Shown here in pieces: positions 39,587 to 40,623 of a DNA stretch of 40,623 nucleotides. The notes below the pieces were generated by a model. That model worked only from the letters and a program-made list of their open reading frames with translations, was not told where the DNA came from and made no database searches. How positions within the stretch are numbered: the first letter of the stretch is position 1; every line of letters starts with the position of its first letter. The position numbers and the translations under genes are program-made. The stretch is from Asaia bogorensis (lineage in GTDB: Bacteria; Pseudomonadota; Alphaproteobacteria; Rhodospirillales; CAMCUA01). Location of the stretch: the NCBI GenBank assembly GCA_945878455.1, contig CAMCUA010000003.1, forward strand, positions 1-40,623, given 5' to 3'.

Positions 39587-40623
39587 TCAGGCGAACGTCT
39601 TGACGAAGCCTTCGAGGAAGGCCTTCAGCTTGGTCTCGGTGCCTTCGGTCAGGTCTTTGGTATCGCGGATGTCGGCCAGGATATCCGCCGCCTTGGCCCT
39701 GACCTCATCGAGCATGGCCTTTTCGAAGCGGGTCACCTGGTTGACGGGCACACGATCGAGATAACCGCGCACGCCGGCATAGATGGCGACCACCTGCTCT
39801 TCCATCGCATAGGGCTGGAACTGGCCCTGCTTCAGCACTTCGGTGAGCCGCGCACCGCGCGCCAGCAGGCGCTGGGTCGAGGCATCCAAGTCCGAGGCGA
39901 ACTGGGCGAAGGATGCCATTTCCCGGTACTGGGCGAGTTCGAGCTTGATCGAACCGGCAACTTTTTTCATCGCCCGGGTCTGGGCGGCGGAACCGACGCG
40001 GCTGACCGACAGACCGACGTTCACCGCCGGGCGGATGCCACGATAGAACAGGTCGGTCTCCAGGAAGATCTGGCCGTCGGTGATGGAAATGACGTTGGTC
40101 GGGATATAGGCCGACACGTCATTGGCCTGGGTCTCGATAACCGGCAGCGCGGTGAGCGAACCCGAACCGTTGGCCTTGCTCATCTTCGCCGCCCGTTCGA
40201 GCAGGCGTGAATGCAGATAGAACACGTCGCCCGGATAGGCTTCGCGACCCGGCGGGCGACGCAGCAGCAACGACATCTGACGATAGGCGACGGCCTGCTT
40301 CGACAAGTCGTCGTAGCAGATGACCGCGTGCATGCCGTTATCGCGGAAGTACTCGCCCATGGTGCAGCCGGTATAGGGCGCCAGGAATTGCAGCGGCGCT
40401 GGCTCAGACGCGGTGGCGGCGACGACGATGGTGTATTCCATCGCGCCGTTCTCTTCCAAGGTTTTGACGATCTGGGCGACCGTCGAGCGCTTCTGGCCGA
40501 TGGCGACGTAGACGCAATAAAGCTTGCCGTGCTCGTCCTTCGCCGCCTTGTTGATCTTCCCCTGATTGAGGATGGTGTCGATGATGATGGCGGTTTTGCC
40601 GGTCTGGCGGTCGCCGATGATCA
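39587..40623 (-). CDS. atpA: F1 ATP synthase alpha subunit, 5' end outside window
   Basis: Frame runs off the right edge; GDRQTGKT at the edge, [40 protein letters not shown]. Confidence 0.99.
   Translation of the reverse strand, partial: IIGDRQTGKTAIIIDTILNQGKINKAAKDEHGKLYCVYVAIGQKRSTVAQIVKTLEENGAMEYTIVVAATASEPAPLQFLAPYTGCTMGEYFRDNGMHAVICYDDLSKQAVAYRQMSLLLRRPPGREAYPGDVFYLHSRLLERAAKMSKANGSGSLTALPVIETQANDVSAYIPTNVISITDGQIFLETDLFYRGIRPAVNVGLSVSRVGSAAQTRAMKKVAGSIKLELAQYREMASFAQFASDLDASTQRLLARGARLTEVLKQGQFQPYAMEEQVVAIYAGVRGYLDRVPVNQVTRFEKAMLDEVRAKAADILADIRDTKDLTEGTETKLKAFLEGFVKTFA

Overview
GC-rich alphaproteobacterial chromosomal window, most consistent with Rhodospirillales by gene content and order (inference). 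The left edge is the minus-strand promoter and leader of an rRNA operon; the 16S gene itself lies outside the window. A core block follows: M23 peptidase, comF, grxC, DUF1178, ubiG, lysC, ptsP, rodZ-like, hisS, hemA, prfA, prmC, DUF4167, MOSC, clpB, nitronate monooxygenase, SAM methyltransferase, sfsA, map, radC. The accessory stretch (about 23.1-36.7 kb) holds a glutaminase, a transglutaminase-like protein, a two-repeat lipoprotein, a PRC-barrel protein, a class V aminotransferase, an FAD/Fe-S oxidoreductase, an aspartic protease, a GGT-family protein, two orphans and three tandem CMD/AhpD-like paralogs. The window ends in atpC-atpD-atpG-atpA (partial). I saw no CRISPR array, tRNA, transposase, integrase or defence system, and no clearly new multi-gene system. 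Most notable points: a C5-pathway glutamyl-tRNA reductase in a hemA-prfA-prmC operon, clean absence of ispG between rodZ and hisS, a possible ~17 kb inversion, a candidate EcfG stress islet, several predicted leaderless genes and a diverging CMD triplet. All family calls come from motifs read by eye; no database searches were run.
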